A stretch of DNA of 64,000 bases from an uncultured Gemmatimonadaceae bacterium (GTDB lineage: Bacteria > Gemmatimonadota > Gemmatimonadetes > Gemmatimonadales > Gemmatimonadaceae), in assembly GCA_963751275.1 (NCBI GenBank), contig CAVVTZ010000005.1:43956-107955 (forward strand), read 5' to 3'. Under the pieces are notes generated by a model that saw nothing but the letters and a program-made list of their open reading frames with translations, was not told the DNA's origin and did no database searches. A program made the position numbers and the translations under genes. Below are positions 49,597 through 61,149 of the stretch, one piece after another (position 1 is the first letter of the stretch; every line of letters begins with the position of its first letter).

Positions 49597-50445
49597 CTAC
49601 GCGCGCTCGAAGAGCACGAACATCGTCATCCGCCGGATGGCTTCCTTCTTCTTCGCCGACTGGAAGAGCGCCATGAACTTGATCATCCACATCATGGCCA
49701 TCTCGCGATCGAGCCGCGTGGATTCCAGCAGCGACGAGCGCCATTCCTTAACGCGCCAGCCGTGCGGCCGGAAGAATTCGGTGCTCCCTTCGGGGCCGAA
49801 CTTGAACGGCGCGTTCTGCTTCAGCGTCGGGCTTTTCAGCCACCGGTCCATCATCTTGAGCAGCATGGGGCTCGCGAGGTCGATCGACCACCAGGTGAAC
49901 GACGGCACGGCGTGCAGATCGTCCGCGAGCGCCGCCACCTGCTCTTCGCTGAGATAGATCAGGAGCCCCTCGGTGACCACGAGCACGCGCTGCGACTCCG
50001 CGCCAATGCGCTGGAAGAGCGCCTGGCGCGTTGCGCGATCGGTGAGATCCGTCGTCACCGCCTCGTAGCGGCAGCGCGGCGTCTGTCCTTTCATCATGTC
50101 CGTCTTGTAATTCAGGATGCCGGGCAGATCGACATCGATCCACCGAAGCGTGGGCGGCAGCTCCATGCGCCAGGGCCGCGCGTCGAGGCCGGCCGCGAGG
50201 TTCACGACCGTGTCCGCGCCGTCGCGGATCGCGGCCATGATGAACTCGTCGAACACCTGCGTGCGCACGATCATCGCCCACGCCATCTGGCGTCCGCGCT
50301 TGATCCCGTTCACGATCGCCTCGCCCTTCTCCCCCGCCAGCCGCCGCGCGTACGGATCCTTGAAGAGCGCATCCGGCCGCTCCGTTTCCATCGCGCGATA
50401 TACCGCGACCCAGCGGGCGGTGTCTGATACGTTCTCAACGGTCAT
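49597..50445 (-). CDS. SAM-dependent methyltransferase (LCM/YktD-like)
   Basis: DTARWVAVYRA, DPYA, NLAAGLDAR, TEGLLIYL. Confidence 0.88.
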   Translation of the reverse strand: MTVENVSDTARWVAVYRAMETERPDALFKDPYARRLAGEKGEAIVNGIKRGRQMAWAMIVRTQVFDEFIMAAIRDGADTVVNLAAGLDARPWRMELPPTLRWIDVDLPGILNYKTDMMKGQTPRCRYEAVTTDLTDRATRQALFQRIGAESQRVLVVTEGLLIYLSEEQVAALADDLHAVPSFTWWSIDLASPMLLKMMDRWLKSPTLKQNAPFKFGPEGSTEFFRPHGWRVKEWRSSLLESTRLDREMAMMWMIKFMALFQSAKKKEAIRRMTMFVLFERA

Positions 50446-50457
50446 TCGAAGCTCCGT

Positions 50458-50565
50458 GTTCGCGGGGCGCGGGGCGCGGGACGCGCCGCGGGAAGCGCAA
50501 CCGAGTGTGAATCCATTGAGCTGTTCTCGCGTCCCGCGGCGCATCCCGCGTCCCGCGTCCCGAAC
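50458..50565. repeat. Imperfect inverted repeat built of CGCGGGR heptamers
   Basis: Left GTTCGCGGGGCGCGGGGCGCGGGACGCGCCGCGGGA; right TCCCGCGGCGCATCCCGCGTCCCGCGTCCCGAAC. Confidence 0.8.
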
Positions 50566-50644
50566 GTTGATCGTGCACGTGCCTCCCAGGAACAACGAAG
50601 CGGACCCAACCATGAGTCCGCTCGATGATCGCGACCCGCGCGGA

Positions 50645-50866
50645 TCAGCTCTTATGCCGAAACGTGATCCGACCTCTCGTGAGATCATACGGACTGACCT
50701 CGATCCGCACCCGGTCGCCCGCGAGGACGCGGATGCGGAACCGGCGCATGTTGCCGCCGAGGGTCGTCAGGACTGTGTGGTCTTCACTCACCGCGACGCG
50801 AAAGGTCGCGTTGGGGAGTACTTCGGTGACCGTGCCTTCCAGCTCGATCGCGTCCTTCTTCGCCAT
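50645..50866 (-). CDS. infA: Translation initiation factor IF-1
   Basis: [35 protein letters not shown]. Confidence 0.97.
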   Translation of the reverse strand: MAKKDAIELEGTVTEVLPNATFRVAVSEDHTVLTTLGGNMRRFRIRVLAGDRVRIEVSPYDLTRGRITFRHKS

Positions 50867-50878
50867 CCGGAGCGGCGC

Positions 50879-51073
50879 TTAGCGGGCGTTACGCTGCGCG
50901 CGGGCGCTGCGCTGACGCGCGGCCTCCGCCTTCTTCTGGCGTGCCTCGCTGGGCTTCACATAGAAGCGCTTCTTGCGCACGTCCTTCAGCACACCCGCGC
51001 GAATGACCTTGCGCTGGAACTGCTTGAGCGCGACTTCGATCCGGTCGTTCTCACCCAGAATGATTTCGACCAC
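50879..51073 (-). CDS. rpsU: 30S ribosomal protein S21
   Basis: ALKQFQRK...RFYVKPS. Confidence 0.92.
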   Translation of the reverse strand: MVEIILGENDRIEVALKQFQRKVIRAGVLKDVRKKRFYVKPSEARQKKAEAARQRSARAQRNAR

Positions 51074-51160
51074 GATTTACCCGTCCTCTTGAATTAGGCT
51101 CTCGGCCATCGGTACACCCGTAGACGCACAAAGTTACCCCCCGATACCCCGAAAGGCAAT

Positions 51161-51187
51161 GCGGGCGGGGACTTAGCCCCCGCCCGC
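51161..51187 (-). terminator. Hairpin downstream of gltA
   Basis: 10-bp stem GCGGGCGGGG/CCCCGCCCGC, 7-nt loop, weak U-tract. Confidence 0.45.
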
Positions 51188-51245
51188 CCCATCCGCCGCG
51201 CCCGCCGTCGAAAGCCGGGCGCCGAGAGCTGATGTCCGCCGTTGG

Positions 51246-52532
51246 CTACTTCTTGAACCCCGGGTAATTCCGCTCCGCCGGCCCCGTGTAGATCTGCCGT
51301 GGACGCGCGATCTTCTGCTCCTTGTCCAGCAGCATCTCCTCCCACTGCGCCAGCCAGCCCGCGGTGCGCGCGATCCCGAACAACACGGTGAAGAAATCGG
51401 TCGGGAAGCGCATCGACCGGTAGATCAGTCCCGTGTAGAAATCCACGTTCGGGTACAGCTTGCGGCTCGTGAAGTAATCGTCGCTCAGCGCGATCCGCTC
51501 CAGCTCCAGCGCGATCTCGAGGTCCTTGTCGATCCCGACCTCCTTGAACACATCGTCCGCCAGCTTCTTCACGATGCGCGCGCGCGGATCGTAGCTCTTG
51601 TACACGCGGTGGCCGAAGCCCATCAGCCGCTGTCCCTTGCCGCTCTTCACCTCTTCGATGAACGCCGGCACGTTCTTCGGGTGCTCGATCTCCTCGATCA
51701 TGCGCAGCACCTGCTCGTTCGCGCCGCCGTGCAGCGGGCCGAACAGCGCCGCGATCCCCGCCGCGACCGCCGAGAACGGATCCACGTGCGACGAACCCAC
51801 CGCGCGCACCGCGTTCGTCGAGCAATTCTGCTCGTGGTCGGCGTGCAGGATGAAGAGCACCTCCAGCGCCTTCGCGAACACCGGGCGCGCCTCGTACTTC
51901 GGCTCGCTCATGCGCGCGACCATCGACAGGAAGTTCTCGCAGTACGGCAGCGCGTTGTCGGGATACACGAACGGCATCCCCTTCACGTGCCGGTAGGTGA
52001 ACGCCGCGAGCGTCGGGACCTTGGCCAGGAGCCGCACGATCGAGATGTCGCGCTCCACGGGGTCGAAGATGTTCTTCGCCGACGGATAGAACGCGGACAG
52101 CGCGGCCACGGTGCTGCAGAGCATCGACATCGGGTGCGCGTCGTAGCGGAACCCCTGCACGAAGCTCTTGATGTTCTCGTGCACGTACGTGTGGAAGGTG
52201 ATGTCGTGCACCCACTGCTCGTACTCCTTCGGCGTCGGCAGCTCGCCGTGGCGGAGCAGCCACGCCACCTCGAGGAACGTCGCCTTCTCGGCGAGCTGTT
52301 CGATCGGGTAGCCGCGGTAGCGCAGGATCCCCTTGTCGCCGTCGATGAAGGTGATCGCGCTGCGGCAGGATGCGGTGTTCAGGAACGCGGGGTCGTAGCT
52401 CATCAAGCCCGGGTCGTCGCCGCCGGTGCTGAATTGCTTGAGGTCGCTCGCGCGGATCGCACCATTGGTGATGGCGACCGGAGCCGCCTTGTTGGTGCGC
52501 GAATCCGTGATGTTCAACGTCGAAGGGGTCAC
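51246..52532 (-). CDS. gltA: Citrate synthase
   Basis: HADHEQN, HGGAN, MGFGHRVYK, YPNVDFY. Confidence 0.97.
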   Translation of the reverse strand: MTPSTLNITDSRTNKAAPVAITNGAIRASDLKQFSTGGDDPGLMSYDPAFLNTASCRSAITFIDGDKGILRYRGYPIEQLAEKATFLEVAWLLRHGELPTPKEYEQWVHDITFHTYVHENIKSFVQGFRYDAHPMSMLCSTVAALSAFYPSAKNIFDPVERDISIVRLLAKVPTLAAFTYRHVKGMPFVYPDNALPYCENFLSMVARMSEPKYEARPVFAKALEVLFILHADHEQNCSTNAVRAVGSSHVDPFSAVAAGIAALFGPLHGGANEQVLRMIEEIEHPKNVPAFIEEVKSGKGQRLMGFGHRVYKSYDPRARIVKKLADDVFKEVGIDKDLEIALELERIALSDDYFTSRKLYPNVDFYTGLIYRSMRFPTDFFTVLFGIARTAGWLAQWEEMLLDKEQKIARPRQIYTGPAERNYPGFKK

Positions 52533-52571
52533 GTGCCGATCTCCACTAGGGGATGAAGCTGCCCCAGAAAG

Positions 52572-53735
52572 CTATCGAGCGGTGGGCGGAGTGGTATGGG
52601 GTACTTTCCCCTCCCACAGTCGTCCCAAACGGAAGGGCTCGAGATCGAATCGCGGCGCCTCGCCTGATGCCAACCCCGCCAGCAACTCGCCGATCGCCGG
52701 CGCGAACTTGAAGCCGTGCCCCGAGCATGGACTCGCGATGATCACGCGCGGCGCGTCCGGGTGGACGCCGATCGCGAAGTGGCCGTCGGGGGTGTTCGTG
52801 TAGAGGCACGTGCTCTGCTCGATGACGCGCCCCACGCCGTCGGGCATGAGACGCTCCATGATGGCGCAGAGCGCCGCGGTCTCGGCGGCGGTGACGTCCT
52901 GGCGCGGCGCGTCGGGATCCACCGCGATCCCCTCGTGGTGGATGGAGGCCTTGAGGCCATCGCCGGCGTCGGGGAGCGAATAGAAGAAGCGCTCCGGCGC
53001 GTGCTCCCAGAGCAGCACCGGCAGCCGGTCCGCGCGAAAGCGCTCGGGATGCGCCTTGGGCGCGAACCAGTGGCCCATTTGCCTCGTGGGCGTGAGCGCC
53101 GCCGCGAGCTCGGGGACGAGCGATCCCATCCACGCGCCGGCCGCGAGGATCACGCGCGCGGCGCCCACGTCGCCATGGTCGGTGCTCACGGTCACGGCAT
53201 CGGCATTCGCGCTCCAGCCGGTGACCCGCGCGCCCGTGCGGATCTCCGCGCCGGCGGCGGCCGCGGCGGCGAGCATCGCGGACACGCCCTGCTCGGGAAA
53301 GAGGAGTCCGGCGCGCGGTTCGTGCACACCCACTTGCCCGTTGGGGAGCGTGAGCGCGGGAAAGCGCCGGCGCACCTCGGCCGCGCCCAGCAGCTCGTAC
53401 GTGAGATGATGCTCGCGCGCGCTGCGGAGCGCGCCGCGCACGAGCGTGCCCTGCTCCGCGCCGAGCATGAGGCCGCCGGTGGGGCGGAAGAGCTCCGTGC
53501 GCGCCTCGCGGGCCAGCTCGTTCCAGAGCGTGTAGGCCCGTTGCACCAGCGGCACGTAGAGCGGGTGCTCGTAGTACGCCTCGCGGATGATGCGCGTGTG
53601 TCCGTGCGTGGAGCCGCGCGTATGCGGCGGCACGAAGCGGTCGATCCCCACCGCCTTCACCCCGCGCTTGGCGAGCTGCCAGAGCGCCGCGCTCCCCATC
53701 GCCCCCAGGCCGATCACCGCGACGTCGTAGGGCAT
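52572..53735 (-). CDS. solA: N-methyltryptophan/sarcosine oxidase-like FAD oxidoreductase
   Basis: [31 protein letters not shown]. Confidence 0.85.
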   Translation of the reverse strand: MPYDVAVIGLGAMGSAALWQLAKRGVKAVGIDRFVPPHTRGSTHGHTRIIREAYYEHPLYVPLVQRAYTLWNELAREARTELFRPTGGLMLGAEQGTLVRGALRSAREHHLTYELLGAAEVRRRFPALTLPNGQVGVHEPRAGLLFPEQGVSAMLAAAAAAGAEIRTGARVTGWSANADAVTVSTDHGDVGAARVILAAGAWMGSLVPELAAALTPTRQMGHWFAPKAHPERFRADRLPVLLWEHAPERFFYSLPDAGDGLKASIHHEGIAVDPDAPRQDVTAAETAALCAIMERLMPDGVGRVIEQSTCLYTNTPDGHFAIGVHPDAPRVIIASPCSGHGFKFAPAIGELLAGLASGEAPRFDLEPFRLGRLWEGKVPHTTPPTAR

Positions 53736-53814
53736 TCTCCGTTGCCGCGGCGGCGCGGCGGCGGCAGATTCTCCCGAGGCGATCATCACTCACGGTATCA
53801 CGGGAACCCAGCCG

Positions 53815-55070
<1,256 letters not shown>

Positions 55071-55071
<1 letters not shown>

Positions 55072-55252
55072 AACGGGAGTGGCGACCCGAACGCCGTACT
55101 TGGTCCCCCGAACGCCGTCGTTGGCAGATGAGGCGTGGTAACGGCTCGGGCGTCCTTGGCATGCTATGTCCGCTCGAGCAGTGACCACACCTCAAGTGCC
55201 AACAACGGAGTTCGGGGGACCAGGTACGGAGTTCGGGTCGCTACTCTCGCTC
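55071..55252. repeat. 182-bp imperfect palindrome between convergent genes
   Basis: Gapless 91-bp arms centred on GCATGC; 74/91 match by manual count. Confidence 0.9.
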
Positions 55253-55255
55253 GGG

Positions 55256-57337
55256 CTACCAGATCTGAGCGCGTAGGGAGTCCGGCCTCACCATCGCGTC
55301 TCCCGCCTTGCAGGAGAACGCCGCCGCGAATTCGGGCATATTGGACAACGGCCCGTTCACGCGCCACATCCCCGGCGCATGCGGATCGGTGAGGAGCTGC
55401 CGGCGCAACGCTTCCGGCCGTTCCAGCTGCCGCCACACTTGCGCCCAGGAGAGGAAGAATCGCTGCGGCCCCGTGAAGCCATCGATCACCGGCGCCGGCT
55501 TCCCCTTGAGCGACAGGATGTACGCCGTGTACGCGATCTTGAGGCCGCCCAGGTCGCCGATGTTCTCGCCGAGCGTGAGCTTGCCGTTCACGTGCAGCGT
55601 GTCGATGCCGATGTAGGACGAGAATTGCTCCTCCACCAGCTTGGCGCGCCGGTTGTATTCCGCCGCGTCGGCGGCCGTCCACCAGTCGCGCAGGTTGCCC
55701 TGCGCGTCGAACTGCCGCCCCTGATCATCGAAGCCGTGCGACATCTCGTGGCCGATCACCGCGCCGATGCCGCCGTAGTTCACGGCGTCGTCCGCGTTGG
55801 GATTGAAGAACGGCGGCTGCAGGATGCCGGCCGGAAAGGAGATCTGATTGCGGAGCGGGTTGTACGACGCGTTCACCGTCGGTGGCGTCATCGACCACTC
55901 GAGGCGGTCCACCGGCTGGCCGATCTTCGCGAGGTCGCGGTGCGATTCGAACACGTCCGCGGCGAAATAGTTGTTCACGAACGGCCCCTTCTTGATGTCC
56001 ATCGCGCTGTAGTCACGCCACTTGTCGGGATAGCCGATCTTGTTGAGGAACGCGGCGAGCTTGGCCTGCGCCTGCTGCTTCGTCGCCGCGGACATCCACG
56101 CCAGCGAGTCGATCCGGGCGCTGAGTACGCTCTCCATGTTCTTCACCATCGCGAGCGCCCGCGCCTTCGCTTCCGGCGAGAACGTGACCGCGACATACGC
56201 CTGCCCCACCGCCTCGCCCATCTGGCGGTCGGTGATGCCCAGGCAGCGCTTCCAGCGCGGGAGCAATTCCTTGGCGCCCGTCTGCGTCTGCTGGTACTTG
56301 AAGTCCTCGTTCACGAACGCCGACGACAGCCACGGCGCCGCGCGGCTCACATAGTGCCAGCGCAGGTACGTCTTCCAGTCATCCAGCGGCACGCTCACGA
56401 GCATCGCGTTCGCGGCCTTGAAGAAATCGGGCTGCGCGACATTGAGCGACGCGATCGTCGGGGCGTTCCACGCCGCGAGCATGCTCGCCATGCCGACGTT
56501 CGGCGCCATCGAGTCGAACGCGGCGAGCGTCATCGGGTGGTACGTCGCGTTCGGATCGCGCATCGCCACGCGCGGCATTGATGCGGTCGCCAGCGCGGTC
56601 TCGATCGCCATGATCTTCTCCGCGCCCGCCTTCGCCGCATCCGGCGTGTCGCCGATCAGCTGGAGCGTCCCGCTGATGTCCGCGACGTACGCCTCGCGGA
56701 TCTTGACCGACGCGGAGTCCTTGCGCAGGTAATAGTCGCGCTCCGGGAGGCCAAGGCCGGCCTGCCCCACGTGGAAGATCACGTGCGTGCTCGCCTTGAA
56801 GTCCTGCCCCGAGCCCTCGCCGAACACGACGTTGACATTCATCAGATGGAGCCGTGCGATCTCCTCCTGCATCTCCTTGAGATCCTTCACCGCGTTGATC
56901 CGCTTCAGCTCCTCCTCGAGCGGCTTCGCGCCGGCCGCCTCGATCGCCGCGGAATCCATGCAGCTCGCATAGTAGATACCGACCTTCTTGACGTCGGCGC
57001 TCTGGCTGGCGCTCTTGTTCATCGCCGCATCGTCGAGCACCTGGTGCAGCACGGCCTGGTTGCGGTCGTTCAGCTCATTGAACGCGCCCCAGCGCGAATA
57101 CGCCGCGGGGATCGTGTTGTTCTTGAGCCAGCCACCGTTGGCGTACTCGTAGAAGTCGGCGCACGCCTTGCACGTGGTGTCGAGGTTCGCCAGGCTGATC
57201 GGCGGAGCGGCCGGCGCGGCCGCCATGGCGGGCGCCGCCGGTGCGGGCGCGGGCGCCGCTTCCGGCTTCTTGCCGCACGCGACGATCGCGGCGACGGTGA
57301 ACGCGAGCGCCAAGGGGCGCGCGATGGGCAGAGACAT
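55256..57337 (-). CDS. M13 (neprilysin/PepO-like) metallopeptidase lipoprotein
   Basis: IVAC lipobox, DFYEYANGGW, VNASY, HEMSHGFD, GENIGD. Confidence 0.93.
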   Translation of the reverse strand: MSLPIARPLALAFTVAAIVACGKKPEAAPAPAPAAPAMAAAPAAPPISLANLDTTCKACADFYEYANGGWLKNNTIPAAYSRWGAFNELNDRNQAVLHQVLDDAAMNKSASQSADVKKVGIYYASCMDSAAIEAAGAKPLEEELKRINAVKDLKEMQEEIARLHLMNVNVVFGEGSGQDFKASTHVIFHVGQAGLGLPERDYYLRKDSASVKIREAYVADISGTLQLIGDTPDAAKAGAEKIMAIETALATASMPRVAMRDPNATYHPMTLAAFDSMAPNVGMASMLAAWNAPTIASLNVAQPDFFKAANAMLVSVPLDDWKTYLRWHYVSRAAPWLSSAFVNEDFKYQQTQTGAKELLPRWKRCLGITDRQMGEAVGQAYVAVTFSPEAKARALAMVKNMESVLSARIDSLAWMSAATKQQAQAKLAAFLNKIGYPDKWRDYSAMDIKKGPFVNNYFAADVFESHRDLAKIGQPVDRLEWSMTPPTVNASYNPLRNQISFPAGILQPPFFNPNADDAVNYGGIGAVIGHEMSHGFDDQGRQFDAQGNLRDWWTAADAAEYNRRAKLVEEQFSSYIGIDTLHVNGKLTLGENIGDLGGLKIAYTAYILSLKGKPAPVIDGFTGPQRFFLSWAQVWRQLERPEALRRQLLTDPHAPGMWRVNGPLSNMPEFAAAFSCKAGDAMVRPDSLRAQIW

Positions 57338-57445
57338 GATTGGACGCGGTCCTGAGGAGGGGAACTCTTGGCGCCGTTGTATGGGCGCGAGGGTCCTCAG
57401 AATCTCGCGCGGGGAAGCGGGCACGGCAACTGCGGACTGACAGAG

Positions 57446-57506
57446 GAGACGCTAGACGTTAGACGCCCGCCTTCTTGGTCTCACTTCTCACGTCCTACGT
57501 CCGTCC
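57446..57506. repeat. Short heptamer tandem repeats in opposite orientations
   Basis: GAGACGC TAGACGT TAGACGC ... TCTCACT TCTCACG TCCTACG. Confidence 0.55.
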
Positions 57507-57507
57507 T

Positions 57508-57792
57508 TCAGGGTTCCAGCAACCCTGCGTTGATCCGCCGCACATCCTTCGCGCCCGCCGCCACGCCCAGTCCGACGCTCGCGCCGAACAGGATCGCGGT
57601 ACCGATGCCGACCAGCGGCAGGATCGCGACGATCGGCCAGGCCACGAGCGCGGCCACGGCGCCCGCGATCACGGGCGCGCTGCCCTTCTGAACCGCATCC
57701 ACGTAGCGGAGCTTGTTGCGCACGAAATAGCGGCTGTTCACGTACCCGAAGAGCACGGTGGCCACTGCGATCGCGATGCTGATGATTCCCAT
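57508..57792 (-). CDS. Small membrane protein
   Basis: Hydrophobic helices; FVRNKLRYVDAVQK. Confidence 0.7.
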   Translation of the reverse strand: MGIISIAIAVATVLFGYVNSRYFVRNKLRYVDAVQKGSAPVIAGAVAALVAWPIVAILPLVGIGTAILFGASVGLGVAAGAKDVRRINAGLLEP

Positions 57793-57961
57793 GGTGTGTT
57801 TCCTCCTGGGCACAATACGTCATGTCCAAGCTCCCGGTTTCGTCAGGCGCCGAGTCACAGCGTGTGGCGTATGGCGTGTGGGACTGCGGCATGTAATTCC
57901 CCGACCATTTGAATCGTCTAACTGATGTCCCGCCCGACCCAACGCCCCTCCGCCGAGTCTC

Positions 57962-58186
57962 ATGGCCGACGTCGCAGACCCGCTCCTCACCACCAGCCCC
58001 GGCAGCGATTCGTTCCTCGCATGGGCCGCCGGGCTCTGGCAGGTGGAGGACGATGTCTACGAGATCACGCTCCGCCCCGACGGCGGGCTCGAAGGGCACA
58101 TGCCGAACGGCGCCGAAGTTTCCGCGGCTTGGGTGATCTCGCGCGGGCGCAAAGTCCCCACCGAAACGAGCGCCGGCCACATGTAG
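57962..58186 (+). CDS. Hypothetical small protein
   Basis: 74-aa ORF with GC3-like codon usage filling the gap. Confidence 0.4.
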   Translation: MADVADPLLTTSPGSDSFLAWAAGLWQVEDDVYEITLRPDGGLEGHMPNGAEVSAAWVISRGRKVPTETSAGHM

Positions 58187-58237
58187 CGGGCGCCGCGGCG
58201 CTATCGCGCTCCGCGGACGCTCCCTAGATTCGCGCAG

Positions 58238-59251
58238 GTGAGCCATTCACCCACGCGCGGCGCCGCGCCCGGTCGCATTCTCCTCATCCAAAAAGGACTG
58301 CTGGGCGACGTGGTGCTCACCACCGCCCTGCTGGATGACTTGCACCGCGCGTTCCCGTCGGCCGTGATCGACTTCGGCGTGGGCGCGGCCGCGGCGCCGC
58401 TGCTCCAGCATCATGCGCTGATCGCCGAGCGGGTCATCGTGGACGCCGCGCCGCCTCTCCGTTTGGCCGGCGCGATCCGGCGCCGCGGCTACGACTGGGT
58501 AGTGGACGTCCAGTCGAGCCCGCGCACGGCGATCCTCACGCGCCTGTCGGGCGCGCCGGTGCGCATCGGCTGGCGGCAGCGGGTGTGGGGCGCGGCCTAC
58601 ACGCATCCGGTGGAGCGCGTGCTCGACCGGGAGTACGCGGTGCGCGCGCGCCGGCGCCTGCTCGAGGCGGGCGGCATCGCGGTGGGCGACACGCTGCCGC
58701 ATCTCGAGGTCACCGCGGAGGAGCGCGCCGCGGGAGAGCGCGCGCTCGTGGAGGCCGGCGCGCCCGCCGGCCCGCGGCGCGTCGGCATGCAGCTCAGCAC
58801 ATCCGAGCGCGCGCGGAACTGGCCGCTCACGCACTTCGCGGCGCTCGTGCGGCTGGTGCGCGGCGCGGGATGGACGCCGGTCGTGTTCGATGCGCCCGGC
58901 GACGAGGAGCGCATCGCGCAGCTGCGCGCGCTCGCGCCGGAGGTGGTCGTCGCGCCGCGCGGGCTTCGGAAGTTCCTGGGCGAACTCGCCGCCTGCGACG
59001 TGTTCGTCTCGGGCAATACGGGCCCCGCGCACATGGCTGATGCGCTCGGCGTGCCGCGTGTCACGATCTTCGGATCGACGCCGGCGCTCGCCTGGGCGCC
59101 GCCGCGTGGCACCGTGATCGCGCTCGCCGGCGCGCGGCCGCCGCACGCCGATCGACGCGCGCGGGCGCGCGCGGCGAATGACGGTGAGGACTACAGCGCC
59201 GACGTCCTTCCCGAGCACGTGTTCGCCGCGGTGCGGACCCTCCTCGCGTGA
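58238..59251 (+). CDS. GT9 family (heptosyltransferase-like) glycosyltransferase
   Basis: LGDVVLT, RNWP, NTGPAHMADALGVP..IFG. Confidence 0.88.
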   Translation: MSHSPTRGAAPGRILLIQKGLLGDVVLTTALLDDLHRAFPSAVIDFGVGAAAAPLLQHHALIAERVIVDAAPPLRLAGAIRRRGYDWVVDVQSSPRTAILTRLSGAPVRIGWRQRVWGAAYTHPVERVLDREYAVRARRRLLEAGGIAVGDTLPHLEVTAEERAAGERALVEAGAPAGPRRVGMQLSTSERARNWPLTHFAALVRLVRGAGWTPVVFDAPGDEERIAQLRALAPEVVVAPRGLRKFLGELAACDVFVSGNTGPAHMADALGVPRVTIFGSTPALAWAPPRGTVIALAGARPPHADRRARARAANDGEDYSADVLPEHVFAAVRTLLA

Positions 59252-60972
59252 CCGGCGCCAACCGTTCGGCGCGCCGTGCCGCGGTCGCGATCCTGCTCGC
59301 GACGGCCGCACGCGGCGCAGCGGCGCAGGTGGCACCGCCCAACACCACCTGTGCCGGCCAGACGATCACGGCGGTGACCGTGCTCGCGCTCCCGCCGCTC
59401 GAGAATCCGTCCAAGGATTGGTGGGAGACGCCGGTCCGCCTCATGAACAACACCCACGTCGTGACGAAGCCCGATGTCGTCACCTCGCTCATGCTGCTCA
59501 AGGCCGGCGACAAGTGCGACCGGTTCCTGCTGAAGGAATCCGAGCGCGTCCTGCGCGCGCAGCCGTTCATCGCCGATGCGCACATCGCGGTGGTGCCGGA
59601 CAGCGGCGGCACCGTGCTGCTCGTCGTGTCCACCCAGGACGAATACTCGTTCATCATCGCGACGCGGCTGTCGGGACAGAGCCCCTTCGTCACCGCGCTC
59701 ACGGTGGGCGACGGCAATTTCAATGGCAGCGGCATGAGCATCGCGGCGAACTGGACGCACACCTCGAGCCGCGAAGGATTCGGGATCGCCTACACGGACT
59801 ACGCGTTCGTGCAGCGGCCCTGGCAGCTGCAGCTCGCGGCGGGGCGCGGTGAGATCGGCCAGGCGAGCTACCTGGCCGATCTCAGCCATCCGTTCTATTC
59901 CGACGCGCAGCAGAACGCGTGGCGCGGCTCCTTCGCCGACGTCACGCTGGTGCAGCCGTTCCAGCGCACCGACACCTCCGCGTTCAACATGGCCCAGCAC
60001 CGGCAGTTCTTCTTCGCCGGCGACGCGGTCCGGCTCGGCAAACCGGGCGCCGTGCTGCTGCTCGGCGGCGCGCTCAGCACCGAGTTCGACGCATCGGGAA
60101 TTCCCCGCACCGGCTACGACAGCACCGTGCCGTACGACAGCCTGCTGACGCGCTATGTGGCGCGGCGCAGTGTGCGGCTCAATCTCATTGCGCAGCTGCG
60201 CGGGATCCGCTTCGAGCGTGCGACGCGCTTGGGCACGGTGAACGGATTCCAGGACCTCCGCACCGGATTCGAGTTCGACATGGTGGTGGGGCGCGGTTTC
60301 GGGAACATCAATGGGTCGCAGGCCGATCTCTTCCTCTCGGGCAAACTCTTCGCCGGCGGCGGCGCGGGGCGCACCTACGCGTTCGTGCAGGCGAACATGG
60401 AATCGCGGCGCGGCGGCGAGAACGGCACGTGGAGCGATGCGCTCGCGAGCGGCACCGCGAAGCTCTACAAGCGGTTCGGCGAGATCAACACGTTCCTCGC
60501 GGACGCGGAATTCGGCGGCGGGTGGCAGACCACGCGCCCCTTCGAGCTCGGCCTCGGCCAGCCCGAGGGCGGGGTGCGCGGGTACGGCGCGTCGCATGAC
60601 GCGGGCGGCGAGCGTGTGGCGCTCAAGCTCGAGGACCGCTGGTTCCTGGGCACCATGATGGATCGCGCCGACATCGGGCTCGCCGTCTTCGCCGACGCGG
60701 GCAAGGTGTACGCCGGCGACATCCCGTTCGGCACCACGACGCCGGTGAAGGTCGGCCTGGGCGTTGGATTGCTCGTGGCGTCGCCGGTGGGTTCGCGGCG
60801 CACCTACCGCGTGGACTTCGCGGTGCCGGTGAGCCCGGATACCTACGCGAGGTGGGAGTTCCGGCTCACCGTCACCAACATCGCGCAGCTGGGGGCGTTC
60901 CATGAGCCGCTGGATATGGCGTTCGGGCGCGAACTGGTCTCCACGTCAACGAGCCTGACGTACCCGCGCTAA
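59248..60972 (+). CDS. Omp85/BamA-TamA-like outer membrane protein (POTRA + barrel)
   Basis: Signal peptide, ESERVLRAQPFI, NFNGSG, GVRGY, FADAG, GLGVGL. Confidence 0.7.
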   Translation: MTGANRSARRAAVAILLATAARGAAAQVAPPNTTCAGQTITAVTVLALPPLENPSKDWWETPVRLMNNTHVVTKPDVVTSLMLLKAGDKCDRFLLKESERVLRAQPFIADAHIAVVPDSGGTVLLVVSTQDEYSFIIATRLSGQSPFVTALTVGDGNFNGSGMSIAANWTHTSSREGFGIAYTDYAFVQRPWQLQLAAGRGEIGQASYLADLSHPFYSDAQQNAWRGSFADVTLVQPFQRTDTSAFNMAQHRQFFFAGDAVRLGKPGAVLLLGGALSTEFDASGIPRTGYDSTVPYDSLLTRYVARRSVRLNLIAQLRGIRFERATRLGTVNGFQDLRTGFEFDMVVGRGFGNINGSQADLFLSGKLFAGGGAGRTYAFVQANMESRRGGENGTWSDALASGTAKLYKRFGEINTFLADAEFGGGWQTTRPFELGLGQPEGGVRGYGASHDAGGERVALKLEDRWFLGTMMDRADIGLAVFADAGKVYAGDIPFGTTTPVKVGLGVGLLVASPVGSRRTYRVDFAVPVSPDTYARWEFRLTVTNIAQLGAFHEPLDMAFGRELVSTSTSLTYPR

Positions 60973-60988
60973 GACGAGTCTGATGCGC

Positions 60989-61019
60989 GAAGGGCGCCCG
61001 CACGCTGCGGGCGCCCTTC
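60989..61019 (+). terminator. Intrinsic terminator-like hairpin
   Basis: Perfect 14-bp stem GAAGGGCGCCCGCA/TGCGGGCGCCCTTC. Confidence 0.7.
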
Positions 61020-61033
61020 CTTGGCGCTTAATG

Positions 61034-61149
61034 CGTAACCCGAACTCCGTTATTCGTCCCCCGAACTCCGTCATTCGAAGTAGTTCGTGGTACCACGAAC
61101 TACTTCGAATGGCGGAGTTCGGGGACCAATGACGTGGTTTGGGTCTACG
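61034..61149. repeat. 116-bp palindrome of the same family as 55071-55252
   Basis: Perfect 40-bp core 61072-61111 centred on GGTACC; CCCGAACTCCGT twice, 21 bp apart. Confidence 0.9.
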
